A DNA stretch of 64,000 nucleotides from Gemmatimonadales bacterium (GTDB lineage: Bacteria; Gemmatimonadota; Gemmatimonadetes; Gemmatimonadales; GWC2-71-9). The position numbers and the translations under genes were made by a program. Shown one piece after another: positions 9,801 to 18,461 of this stretch (position 1 is its first letter; each line of letters begins with the position of its first letter). The notes beneath the pieces are model-generated. The model made no database searches. It worked only from the letters and a program-made list of their open reading frames with translations, and was not told the DNA's origin. The stretch is taken from assembly GCA_050183815.1 (NCBI GenBank), contig JBFXAY010000015.1, positions 6,437 through 70,436 of the forward strand. Reading direction: 5' to 3'.

Positions 9801-9953
9801 CGGGAGCGGCTCGCCGACCTCGACGGCATGTGGCGGGAGCAGGTCGCCCGGATCGACCGGATTCTGGGCGCCGAGCTCGGCGCGTTCAACGCACTCGTGA
9901 GGGGACGGGACGTCCCCGCCATCATTCTTCCGGAAAGAGGCGCCACGCCATGA
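6822..9953 (+). CDS. Secreted VPS10/sortilin-like BNR-repeat glycosyl hydrolase-like protein
   Basis: Signal peptide, 'WRNVGPFRGGR', many S/T-x-D-x-G-x-T/S-W Asp-box repeats, C-terminal coiled coil. Confidence 0.85.
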   Translation: MPFPTVRLLPAAAVLVLVATPAAAQRRTARPAAPPALDPAWLDGLTWRNVGPFRGGRATTITGVPGQPMVYYFGATGGGIWKTDDAGATWKPIADGQLRMGSVGSIAVAAGDPAVIYAGTGEAPVRGVSSSFGDGMYKSTDAGKTWRHTGLAGSRTISRVLVHPRNADLVYVAAQGSRWGPSAERGVYRSTNGGSDWKLVLSGDSLTGPADLAMDPSNPRILYAAMWDAQRTPWFARSGGPGSGIWKSVDGGDSWTRLTRGLPALMGKIGLAVSAADPNRIWAIVEADAGGLYRSDDAGASWTLVNGDRVLHARAWYYMRVTADPANRDLVYVINAPVLKSIDGGKSFTELADPHGDNHDVWINPANPANLAKADDGGGVVSFNGGVTWSSQMNQPTAQFYRVSVDDRYPYWLYSGQQDNSSVAIPSAVTGPGIGNDAFRDAGGCESAHVAFDPADPRYLYANCYGGIITEYDRDLGQARNVMAYPFLGLGEPSDKMKYRWNWSSPIITSPHDRKVIYHGGNVLFRSNDRGQSWTAVSPDLTRNDRSRQGPGGGPITNEGAGGEVYNTIYYVAESPVQQGVLWVGTDDGLVQLTRDGGRTWANVTPAGLAESLINMVEPSTRSAGTALIAVSRYKWNDNTPLVFRTTDFGATWTPFTAGLPAGEIVRVVREDPEREGLLYAGTETGFWVSSGGGPWQRLQLNLPHVPITDIRVHHGDLVIATEGRAFWILDDITPVRDLAGGSANSPVLFPIRTAVRTFLGSNAPPPPGMGRNAPQGAIISFRIADTSAVARLEMLDGTGKAVRTYASDAKPPAGRLAIRSGFNRMVWDLRGEGPTRVEGLGPAGGGASGYRLAPGRYQARLTTGDAVLTQSFEVVADPRTRPAPAAVAEQQRALGQVWGRVDEINRRANQLRSVRQQVKALVERVAARADADTIRTTAEHLTAAIDSVELLIINPRIKTFQDVINFRNGLSDQYQDLAGAIDGTDEPVTAGMRERLADLDGMWREQVARIDRILGAELGAFNALVRGRDVPAIILPERGATP

Positions 9954-10120
9954 TGAACCGCGGTGCTGTGGCCCGGGCGGGGATCTCGTTCGGTACCGCC
10001 CTCGCCATTACCATTTCGTGGTCGGCCAACAAGTCGGTGCTGTGGGCCATCGTCCACGGGATCTTCTCGTGGGTGTACGTGATCTATTTCGTCCTGCGGT
10101 ACGGGAGCCCGGGTTCGTGA
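9950..10120 (+). CDS. Small (56 aa) two-TM membrane protein
   Basis: MMNRGAVARAGISFGTALAITISWSANKSVLWAIVHGIFSWVYVIYFVLRYG. ATGA and GTGA overlaps with both neighbours. Confidence 0.75.
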   Translation: MMNRGAVARAGISFGTALAITISWSANKSVLWAIVHGIFSWVYVIYFVLRYGSPGS

Positions 10121-10938
10121 CCGGTTCACTGGAGATGCCCTTCGGCAACGCCGACGTTGCCACCCACTACGACGAGATTCTGGTGCCGCGGCTGTTCGCC
10201 CCGTGGGCCGAGACACTCGTGGCCCGGTTGGCCCCGGCCCCGGGTATCCGGGCGCTCGACGTGGGCACCGGACCAGGAACCGCCGCCCGCGCGCTGGCCC
10301 GGGTCCTCGGGGCCGAGGGACGGGTGGCCGGATGCGATCTGTCGGCCTCGATGATCGCGCGGGCCGAGGGGCACGCGCCGGAGCCGGGAGCGGCGCCGAT
10401 CGCGTATACGGTTGCTCCCGCGGCACCCCTGCCGTATCCGAGCGGAGCGTTCCGGGCCGTCACCTGTCAGCAGGCGCTCCAGTTCCTGCCCGATGCGCTG
10501 GCAGCGCTGGCCGAAATGCACCGGGTCCTCGAGCCCGGCGGCCGCCTGGCCGTCAGTGTCTGGCAGGCGGGTAGCGCGTGCGCGCCGTTTCACGCGATCC
10601 AGCGCGCCCTCCAGGACGCGGGGCAACCCGGGCTCGCCGAGTTGATGCGGCTGCCGTTTCCGCACTGGTCGGGAGAAGACCTGGGGGCCCGGGTCCGGGA
10701 GGCCGGGTTCGGCTACGTCCAGGTGCACGAGGAGCGTCACGACCTGGTGCTGCCGGGCGGCATTCCCGAGGCGATCGGCATGATGATGGCCACACCGGTC
10801 GGGCCGATGGTCGCCGCCCTGCCCGAGACCGACCGGCTGGCCATTCTGGCCTCGGCGGAACGGGCCTTCGCGCCGCTGGCGATGAACGGCGTCGTCCGGG
10901 GCCCGATGACGTCCTGGATTCTGATCGCGGCGGCCTGA
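10117..10938 (+). CDS. Class I SAM-dependent methyltransferase (UbiE-like)
   Basis: LDVGTGPG motif I, 'CDLS..MI', 'LPYP...F..V.CQQ.LQF', 'RVLEPGGRL'. Start is GTG 10117 or ATG 10135. Confidence 0.85.
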   Translation: MTGSLEMPFGNADVATHYDEILVPRLFAPWAETLVARLAPAPGIRALDVGTGPGTAARALARVLGAEGRVAGCDLSASMIARAEGHAPEPGAAPIAYTVAPAAPLPYPSGAFRAVTCQQALQFLPDALAALAEMHRVLEPGGRLAVSVWQAGSACAPFHAIQRALQDAGQPGLAELMRLPFPHWSGEDLGARVREAGFGYVQVHEERHDLVLPGGIPEAIGMMMATPVGPMVAALPETDRLAILASAERAFAPLAMNGVVRGPMTSWILIAAA

Positions 10939-10943
10939 GCCTG

Positions 10944-11510
10944 ATGCGACGCATCGCGGTGATCGCCGGGACGGCGGAGTTGCCGACGCCCGAGGAGCAG
11001 GCGGCCGCCTTTCACCTCGGCCGGCTGCTCGGAGAGAACTCGCTCACGCTGGTCTTCGACGGATCCACCGAGGGCGTGATCGCCACGGTAGCCGACACCT
11101 GCCTCCAGCACGGTGGCCGGCTGGTCGGGATCGTTGTTCCCGGCGCGGCGGGGCGCCCCGATCTGACGGAACGCCGGGAGGCGGATTCTCCTGACGCGGC
11201 CAGAGCCCAGACCGTCGAACTGGTCGATGCCTGGATCGGCCTGCCGCATGGGGTCGGTTCCCTGGACGACGCGTTTGCCGTCTGGGACTGGCCCGGCCTC
11301 CGCCATTCCGAGCAGCCGCTCGGCCTGCTCGACAGCGGCGGCTATTACTCCGGTTTGCTCAAGACGGCGTCAGACGACGGGGTGGACCGGTTCGTTCGCG
11401 AGTCGCAGCGCGGGCGGCTGGTCCTTTCCACCAGCGCCGAGGATCTGCTGCGCCGGCTGGCCGACTACCGGCCGCCGGAAACCCGCCGCGACGCCCCATA
11501 CGAGGACTGA
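10944..11510 (+). CDS. LOG family (TIGR00730-like) protein, divergent
   Basis: 'RIAVIAG...LGRLL...LVFDG..G', 'DAWIGLPHGVGSLDD' (canonical PGGxGTxxE), 'H..QPLGLLD..GYY..L'. Confidence 0.7.
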   Translation: MRRIAVIAGTAELPTPEEQAAAFHLGRLLGENSLTLVFDGSTEGVIATVADTCLQHGGRLVGIVVPGAAGRPDLTERREADSPDAARAQTVELVDAWIGLPHGVGSLDDAFAVWDWPGLRHSEQPLGLLDSGGYYSGLLKTASDDGVDRFVRESQRGRLVLSTSAEDLLRRLADYRPPETRRDAPYED

Positions 11511-11513
11511 GCC

Positions 11514-12236
11514 ATGTTGTCACTGGTACTCGCCGCCGCCCTGGCGGCCCAGGACCCCGGGCCGGCCTACCAGGCCGTGTTTCTCCGGGCGGCCCCCGGA
11601 CACCTGCTGGAGCTGATCGACCTGCTCAACAGCCGGATGCCCGTCTATCAGGCGGCCGGGGAAGCCCGCCCCGTCCTGATGCGGCATTCGCAGGGCGACC
11701 AATGGGACCTCCTCCTGCTCGCGCCGATCGGCAGCCTCGAGCGGCATTTCGGCGCCGAGCGGCAGGCGCGGTGGAGCGACGCCGTCCGGCGGCTCGGCTT
11801 CGATGACGCGGCCTTCGAGCGGCGGCGCGACGAGTGGGTGGCCTGGCAGGAGGAGCTCTATGTGGCTGGTCCGCCGGTGGCGGAGCTGGAGGCCGCGGCG
11901 GCGCGCTCCGGCTATTTCCATCTCGAGATTTTCCAGGCGCTGGCCGGGAAGCGCGACTCGCTGCTGCGGGAACGCCGGATGGAAAACGACTTCCTGGTCC
12001 GGACGGGCAAGGCGCCGAATTTCATCTTCACGAAACTCACCGGCTCCGCGTGGGACTCGTTCACCATCGGCTTCTACCGGGACCTGCAGCACTATGCCGA
12101 GCCGAGCCGGTTGTCGGCGGAGGAGGAGAACCAGGCCGCCGTGGCCGCGGGATTCGCATCGCGCAATCACATCGGCGCGTATCTCCGCCGGTTCCTCGCG
12201 GGGCACCACGACACGCTCGGCGGTGTCGTCCGGTGA
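11514..12236 (+). CDS. Secreted hypothetical protein with two similar alpha/beta (NIPSNAP-like) halves
   Basis: Short signal peptide MLSLVLAAALAAQ. Repeated 'F..A.PG/AGK...LL' and 'G..WD' motifs. Confidence 0.6.
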   Translation: MLSLVLAAALAAQDPGPAYQAVFLRAAPGHLLELIDLLNSRMPVYQAAGEARPVLMRHSQGDQWDLLLLAPIGSLERHFGAERQARWSDAVRRLGFDDAAFERRRDEWVAWQEELYVAGPPVAELEAAAARSGYFHLEIFQALAGKRDSLLRERRMENDFLVRTGKAPNFIFTKLTGSAWDSFTIGFYRDLQHYAEPSRLSAEEENQAAVAAGFASRNHIGAYLRRFLAGHHDTLGGVVR

Positions 12237-12793
12237 GAATCGTCGAATCGGTCGCGGTGCTGTTCGGCATCGTGGCCGTGTGGTTCAACGCCCGCCAGAA
12301 CGTTCTCGGCTGGGTGACCGGACTGGTGAACGTGCTCCTCTTCACGGGCATCTTCTACCAGTCGCGGCTCTATGCGCTGATGGCGCTGCAGGTGGTGTTT
12401 GCCGCGATTTCCCTCTATGGATGGTATCAGTGGCTCCGCGGCGGCGCGGATCGGAGCGGCCGCTCGGTTGCCCGGACGCCGGCGCGGATCGGCCTCGCGC
12501 TGGCCGCCGGAACCATCGCGGCCGCCGCGGGCCTTGGCTGGGCGCTGGCCCGGTTCACCCCGGATCAGCAGCCGTATCTCGACGCCGGCATCTCGGTCGT
12601 CGCGATGGCGGGGCAGTGGATGATGGCGCGGAAGTACTACGAGACGTGGTGGATCTGGATCGCCGTGAACCTCGTGGCGGTGCCGTTCTTTCTGCTGCAG
12701 AGCGCCTGGCCCACGGCCCTGCAGTACACCGTCTACCTGGTGCTGGCCGTCGGCGGCCTCAGGCAGTGGCGCCGGTCACTGGACGGCGCCTGA
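12233..12793 (+). CDS. pnuC: Nicotinamide riboside transporter PnuC family
   Basis: 'LYA...LQ...ISLYGWYQW', 'PYLDA', 'QWMMARKYYETWWIWIAVN'. GTGA overlap with the upstream gene. Confidence 0.85.
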   Translation: MRIVESVAVLFGIVAVWFNARQNVLGWVTGLVNVLLFTGIFYQSRLYALMALQVVFAAISLYGWYQWLRGGADRSGRSVARTPARIGLALAAGTIAAAAGLGWALARFTPDQQPYLDAGISVVAMAGQWMMARKYYETWWIWIAVNLVAVPFFLLQSAWPTALQYTVYLVLAVGGLRQWRRSLDGA

Positions 12794-14107
12794 CCCTCCC
12801 GCTCGCGCCGCGACGCGCGAGCGCCAGAGGTAGACCGGTACCCCCAGCGCCAGCAGCAGCGCCCCCCGCACGGCATTGCCCGGATTCGACCACACCGACC
12901 CGACCACGACGTAGGCCGCGGCACCGACGAACAGCGTCACCGTGAGCGGGAACGCCGGGCAGCGAAACCCGGCCGTTTCGGGCTCGCGCCGGCGAAGCAC
13001 GATCAGCGCCAATCCGGTCGAGCCGAAAAAGATCCAGTCCGCGAACACCACGTAGTCGAGCAGCTGGCCGTAGGCGTTGGTCAGCAGCAGTGCCGTGGCC
13101 CAGACGCCCTGGAAAAGGAGAGCCCCCACCGGCGTCCGGTACCGCGGGTGGAGCCGGGCAAACCAGTCGAAGAAAAGGCCGTCGCGGGACATCGCCTGGT
13201 AGACCCGGGGGGCGCTCAGGATCGTGAGCCCGAGGAACCCGAAGGTCGACGCCACGATGCCCGCGCTGATGAAGCGGCTTCCGGCCGCGCCGAGAAAGGC
13301 CGACATCGTTTCGGCGGCGGGGGCGCTGCTGGCCGCAAGCCCGGCGGGGCCGAGGGCGCGGAGGTAGGCCGCGTTGGTGAGCAGATACGCCGTGACGACG
13401 ATCAGCACGCCGAGAATGATGGCGCGGGGCAGATCGCGCTTCGGTGCGACGAACTCCTCGGCGATGTTGTTGGTCTGCTGCCAGCCGCCGTACGAGAAGA
13501 GCACCGGCACCAGGGCGGCCGCGATGGCGAGCCAGAGGTTGGCCGGCGCGGCCACCTCGGCCGCGGCGGCCACGGCGGGTGGGGTGGAGCCGAGGAGCGC
13601 CACCCCGACCAGACCGGCGATCGCCGCCAGTTTGAGGACCGTGAACACGTTCTGGACCCAGGCCCCCCAGGTGACGCCGACCACGTTGATGAGGGTCAGC
13701 ACCGCCACCGCCCCGACCGCCAGCGGCCGAATCGCCGCGGTGGGCAAGCCGAGCAGGGCCACCAGGTAGCTCGCGAAGGTGAACGCCACCGCCGCGATCG
13801 CACCGGTCGCGATGATGAGCAGGAGGCCCCAGGCATCGAGGAACCCGGCAAGAGGGCCGAAGGCAGCGCGGAGGTAGGCGTACTGGCCGCCGGCGGCGGG
13901 CATCCGCTGGCCCAGCTCCGCGAAAATGAAGGCGCCGGCGATCGCCACGACCGCGCCGAGGGCCCAGACCCCCATCGTCAGCCCGGCCGTGCCGACCCGC
14001 TGGGCAACGATCGGCGGGTTGAGGAAAATCCCCGACCCGATGATGCCCCCGATCACCGCCATGGTGCCGCTGAAGAGGCCAAGCCGCCGGGCGTAGCTGG
14101 TCGTCAT
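12776..14107 (-). CDS. APC family amino acid permease (LAT/SteT-like)
   Basis: 'IIGSGIF', 'AELG..P..GG.Y.YL', 'FSYGGW', 'EE...PKRDLPRAI', about 12 TMs. Confidence 0.9.
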   Translation of the reverse strand: MTTSYARRLGLFSGTMAVIGGIIGSGIFLNPPIVAQRVGTAGLTMGVWALGAVVAIAGAFIFAELGQRMPAAGGQYAYLRAAFGPLAGFLDAWGLLLIIATGAIAAVAFTFASYLVALLGLPTAAIRPLAVGAVAVLTLINVVGVTWGAWVQNVFTVLKLAAIAGLVGVALLGSTPPAVAAAAEVAAPANLWLAIAAALVPVLFSYGGWQQTNNIAEEFVAPKRDLPRAIILGVLIVVTAYLLTNAAYLRALGPAGLAASSAPAAETMSAFLGAAGSRFISAGIVASTFGFLGLTILSAPRVYQAMSRDGLFFDWFARLHPRYRTPVGALLFQGVWATALLLTNAYGQLLDYVVFADWIFFGSTGLALIVLRRREPETAGFRCPAFPLTVTLFVGAAAYVVVGSVWSNPGNAVRGALLLALGVPVYLWRSRVAARAGGSGAVQ

Positions 14108-14291
14108 GCAGGATCCGGTTCGGGGTGGAACCTAACTTCGCTCTGAGCCCGCCCCGGCGCGAGCCTCAAGCGCCGTGCGAACAGGCCGATGCTACTAGCT
14201 GTGGCCCCTGAGGCCGCCGTACTCGGAGGCTCGGCATCGTGCAGTGCGTTGAAGGCGCGGCGGGGAGCGTTGGCCGCTCCGGGACCGCGAA

Positions 14292-16940
14292 GTGAGCGTT
14301 CCGATCGCCGCGGGCCTGATGGCCCTGATCGTGGCAGGATGGTGGCTTCGGACCCGGGTCGTCGAACCCGCCCGCGCCATCCGGGTGGCACTCCGCCGCC
14401 GAACCGAGGGGGACCATTCGGCCCGGTCATCGGTGACCGCCGGACCCCTGGAACCGGTCGGGGCCGCCGTCAACGACTTCTTCGCCACCCTCGACCTGGC
14501 CGAGCGAGACCGGGACCAGGCCCAGAAGGCCCTGGCCGTGCAGGAGCGGCTGGCCCGCGAGAGCGAGGAGCGCTGGCAACTCGCCCTCCAGGCGAACAAC
14601 GACGGGATCTGGGACTGGAATCTCGAGACCAACGCGGTCTGGTTCTCGCCGCGCTGGAAGGAACTCGTCGGGCACACCGACGAGACCCTGCCGCACGCCT
14701 TCGAAAGCTGGCGTGACAACGTCCATCCGGACGATCTCCAGGACACGCTCCGGATGGTGCAGGAGTTTCTCGACGGGAGCCGCCGGACCTACGACCCGAT
14801 CTTCCGGATGCGGCACCGCCGGGGCCATTGGGTCTGGATCCTGGCGCGGGGGGTGAAGCTCGAGCGGGACGGCCGCCCGGTTCGAATGGTCGGGTCGCAC
14901 TCCGACGTGACCGATCGCCGGCTCACCGAGCAACGCCTGCTCGAGAACGAAAGCCGGCTCCGCAACGTCCTCGACACGACCACCGACGCCATCCTCCAGC
15001 TCGACGGTGAGCGGTTCGTGAGCTACCTCAATCCGGCCTGGCGCGCCCTGACCGGTCTGCCGACCGTCACCTACCTCGGCCAGCGACTCGACGAAGTGTT
15101 CGTGCCCGAGGATCGGGGCGCGTTTGCGCGACTGGTGGATGCCCTCTACGAAGGCGACGAGCCCGCCGCCACCGCCGAGCTGCGCATCGAGACCCGGCCC
15201 CGGGGCGCCCGCTGGTTCGAGTTGCGGATGCGGCGGGCCAAGGGGAACGACGGTAACGTGGTCGGCATCACCGGGTCCCTCCGCGACGTGCACGACGCCA
15301 AGGAAACCACGGTGGCGCTACGGCTGGCGAAGGATGCCGCCGAATCGGCCGCCCGCGCCAAGGGCGATTTCCTGGCCACCATGAGCCACGAGATCCGGAC
15401 GCCGATGAACGGCGTGCTCGGCATGATCAGCCTCCTCCGGGATACCTCACTCTCCAACGAGCAGCGGGAGTTCGTCGACACGGCCCGGCAGTCGGCCGAA
15501 GTGCTCCTCACGATCATCAACGACATCCTCGATCTCTCGAAGATCGAAGCGGGCCAGCTCCGGCTCGACAACGTGACCTTCGATCTCCAGGGCGTGGTCG
15601 GTGAGGTCGGCGATCTGCTCGCGCCCCAGGCCCGACAGAAGGGAATCCAACTCGCGGTCGACTACCCCGTCGGCGCGCCGACCCTGTTCCGAGGCGATCC
15701 GAACCGGCTCCGGCAGGTACTGTTCAACCTTGCCGGAAACGCGGTCAAGTTCACTGAGGAGGGTCACGTCATGCTGGCGGTCCGGGTCCGCGCCCGGGGC
15801 GACCGGGCCGGCCTCCGGATCGAGGTCCGCGATACCGGCATCGGAATCGACCCCGAGGACGTCAGCCGCCTGTTCACCAGCTTCACGCAGGCAGATCCGT
15901 CGACGACCCGCCGCTTCGGCGGCACCGGACTCGGCCTGGCGATCAGTCGGCAACTCGTGGAGCTGATGCTCGGACGCATCGGCGTGGAAAGCGAGGTCGG
16001 CAAAGGATCGACGTTCTGGATCGAACTGGAACTGGACACCGGTGCCACGACGTCCGAGGATGCCGACGTAGCCGCCGACCTGTCCGGCATCCGGATTCTG
16101 GTGATCGACGATTCCCAGATCGACCGTTGGGTCATCGCCGAGCAGCTGCGGCCGCTGTCCGCCACCGTCGTCCTTGTCGATTCATACGACGAAGCGATGG
16201 TGGCGATCCGCCGCGCCGCGGACTACGAGCCCTTCGACATCGTTCTCGCCGATTCGTTCCTTCCCGACGGCCGCGGTGAAGACCTGGCGCAGCGGGTGTT
16301 CGCCGAAGGTCTCCATCCGGTGGCTCACTGGATCCTCGTCTCCGGGGCGGTCCGCCCGGGCTATACCCAGGACATCGAGCGCGCCGGGTTCGCCGGCTAC
16401 CTCGCCAAACCGATTCGGGGCAACGTGCTTCGGAAAATGGTGGCCGAGTTGGCCGCTCGCCGGGGCGCCACCAGTTCAACGACCTTCCTGACCCGGGGCC
16501 TGCTCACCGAAACCACCGGCCCGCGGAAGCTGGCGCCGGTCGCAGGCTGGACGGCCAAGGTCCTGCTGGTCGAGGACAATCCGGTCAACCAGGTCGTGGC
16601 GGACCGGATGCTCCGAAAGCTCGGCTGCCAGGTGGACGTCGCGAGCAACGGTTCGGAAGCCGTCGAGCGGGTGACCGCCACCCGCTACGACCTGGTGTTC
16701 ATGGACTGCCAGATGCCGATCATGGACGGCTACGAGGCCACCCGGTCGATCCGGAGGACGGAGGACCGCGATCACCGCCTTCCCATCGTGGCCATGACGG
16801 CCAACGCCATGGAAGGCGACCGGGAGCGGTGCCTGGACAACGGCATGGACGACTACATCAGCAAACCGGTCGATCCGGAAGCCGTGATCCGCGCTCTCGA
16901 GCAGTGGGCCGCTCGGCCGGTGGAGCCCGCCGGCGCCTGA
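14292..16940 (+). CDS. Intact hybrid sensor histidine kinase TM-HAMP-PAS-PAS-HisKA-HATPase-REC-REC
   Basis: FLATMSHEIRTPMNG, NLAGNAVKFT, DTGIG, FGGTGLGL. REC1 'VIDDS...VLAD', REC2 'VEDN...FMDCQMP...MTA...SKP'. Confidence 0.93.
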   Translation: MSVPIAAGLMALIVAGWWLRTRVVEPARAIRVALRRRTEGDHSARSSVTAGPLEPVGAAVNDFFATLDLAERDRDQAQKALAVQERLARESEERWQLALQANNDGIWDWNLETNAVWFSPRWKELVGHTDETLPHAFESWRDNVHPDDLQDTLRMVQEFLDGSRRTYDPIFRMRHRRGHWVWILARGVKLERDGRPVRMVGSHSDVTDRRLTEQRLLENESRLRNVLDTTTDAILQLDGERFVSYLNPAWRALTGLPTVTYLGQRLDEVFVPEDRGAFARLVDALYEGDEPAATAELRIETRPRGARWFELRMRRAKGNDGNVVGITGSLRDVHDAKETTVALRLAKDAAESAARAKGDFLATMSHEIRTPMNGVLGMISLLRDTSLSNEQREFVDTARQSAEVLLTIINDILDLSKIEAGQLRLDNVTFDLQGVVGEVGDLLAPQARQKGIQLAVDYPVGAPTLFRGDPNRLRQVLFNLAGNAVKFTEEGHVMLAVRVRARGDRAGLRIEVRDTGIGIDPEDVSRLFTSFTQADPSTTRRFGGTGLGLAISRQLVELMLGRIGVESEVGKGSTFWIELELDTGATTSEDADVAADLSGIRILVIDDSQIDRWVIAEQLRPLSATVVLVDSYDEAMVAIRRAADYEPFDIVLADSFLPDGRGEDLAQRVFAEGLHPVAHWILVSGAVRPGYTQDIERAGFAGYLAKPIRGNVLRKMVAELAARRGATSSTTFLTRGLLTETTGPRKLAPVAGWTAKVLLVEDNPVNQVVADRMLRKLGCQVDVASNGSEAVERVTATRYDLVFMDCQMPIMDGYEATRSIRRTEDRDHRLPIVAMTANAMEGDRERCLDNGMDDYISKPVDPEAVIRALEQWAARPVEPAGA

Positions 16941-17062
16941 TCCACCAGCCGGCCGTCCTTCCTCGGCCGTCATTCTCCCGCGTCGGCTGCTGGCCGCGGG
17001 CCCCGTTCCTCGGTACAATCAGAGATTCCCCAGCACCACCGCACGCGCACCGGGAGTCTCCG

Positions 17063-18409
17063 ATGGACCCGTTGGAGCGTCTCTCCCAGACCGAGCTGGC
17101 CCGATTCGAGGCGCGCACCGCCGCGTCCGGGCAGTGGTATCGCCGAGCCGCCGAGGTCATGCCCGGGGGTGACACCCGGACAGGCACCTACCATCTCCCC
17201 TTTCCGCTGTTCATTGCCGAGGGCCAGGGAGCCCGGGTCCGGGACGCCGACGGCAACGAGTACCTCGACTTCCTGAACAACTTCACCTCGCTGCTTCACG
17301 GACACGCCCATCCGGCGATCCTGGCGGCGCTGGAGGAACAGGCCCGCCGCGGAACCGTGCACGGATCGGCCAATCCGCTCCAGGTCCGGCTGGCCGAAAC
17401 GATCCGGAGCCGGGTGCCCTCGGTTGAGCGGCTCCGGTTCTGCAATTCGGGCACCGAGGCCACGCTGTTCGCGCTCCGGGCGGCCAAGGCGGCCACCGGC
17501 AAGTCCCGTATCATGAAAATGGCGGGCGGCTATCACGGGTCGCACGACCAGGTGGCGGTCGCGATGGCGCCGCCCTACGGCACCGGTGCCACCCTCGGCC
17601 TCTCGCCGGGCGCGTTGGCCGAGGTGACGCTCGGACGGTTCAATGATCTCGACTACACCGCGGATCTCATCCGGCGAAACCGGGACGCATTGGCCGCGGT
17701 CATCGTCGAGCCGATGATGGGTTCGGGCGGCGCGCTGCCCGCGGATCCGGCCTTTCTGCGAGGACTCCGGGAAGTGACCGCCGATTCCGGCGTGCTCCTG
17801 ATCCTCGATGAGATCATCACGTTCCGGCTCGGGTTCGGCGGCCTCCAGGAGACCCTCGGCATCCGGCCGGACCTGACCACGTTCGGCAAGATCATCGGCG
17901 GCGGCCTGCCGGTTGGTGCGTTCGGCGGACGGGCCGACGTGATGGCCAGCTACGACCCAACTCGGCCGGGGACCATCACCCACTCCGGCACCTACAACGG
18001 CAACGCCGCCACCATGGCGGCCGGGCTCGCCGCGCTCGAACAGTATCCGCGCGCGGAGGTCGCCCGCCTCAACGGACTCGGCGACCGGCTTCGCGCCGGG
18101 ATGCTCGCCGCCATCGACGAGGCCGGCGTTCCGGCCACGGTCACCGGGTACGGATCGGTCCTCCAGGTGCACTTCGCCGCCGGACCGCTCCGCACCGTGG
18201 CCGATACCGATGGCGCCGACCGCCGGCTCGGCAAGCTGCTCCATCTCGCCCAGCTGAACCGGGGCGTCTTCGCGGCCGCCCGCCAGATGTACGTTCTCTC
18301 GACCCCGATGTCGGAACGCGAAGTCGACGACTGCCTCGGCCGCTTTGCCGACGCCCTCGGCACCATGGCGCGCGCGGGAGCCTCCCGACCTACGTCGGTC
18401 GCCACCTGA
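17063..18409 (+). CDS. Class III PLP aminotransferase (glutamate-1-semialdehyde aminomutase-like)
   Basis: 'NSGTEA', 'GGYHG', 'DEIIT.R', 'TFGKIIGGG.PVGAFGG', 'HSGTYNGN'. TACAAT -10-like box upstream. Confidence 0.88.
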   Translation: MDPLERLSQTELARFEARTAASGQWYRRAAEVMPGGDTRTGTYHLPFPLFIAEGQGARVRDADGNEYLDFLNNFTSLLHGHAHPAILAALEEQARRGTVHGSANPLQVRLAETIRSRVPSVERLRFCNSGTEATLFALRAAKAATGKSRIMKMAGGYHGSHDQVAVAMAPPYGTGATLGLSPGALAEVTLGRFNDLDYTADLIRRNRDALAAVIVEPMMGSGGALPADPAFLRGLREVTADSGVLLILDEIITFRLGFGGLQETLGIRPDLTTFGKIIGGGLPVGAFGGRADVMASYDPTRPGTITHSGTYNGNAATMAAGLAALEQYPRAEVARLNGLGDRLRAGMLAAIDEAGVPATVTGYGSVLQVHFAAGPLRTVADTDGADRRLGKLLHLAQLNRGVFAAARQMYVLSTPMSEREVDDCLGRFADALGTMARAGASRPTSVAT

Positions 18410-18461
18410 CCCCGCGGCGGCGCCGCGCGGCCCATCCGTCCCTCACACCGCCTCGACATCG

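Noticed and set aside
17063-18409. Calling the aminotransferase hemL
   Set aside because: N-terminal GGDTR differs from the HemL GGVNSPVR signature and no heme genes are adjacent.
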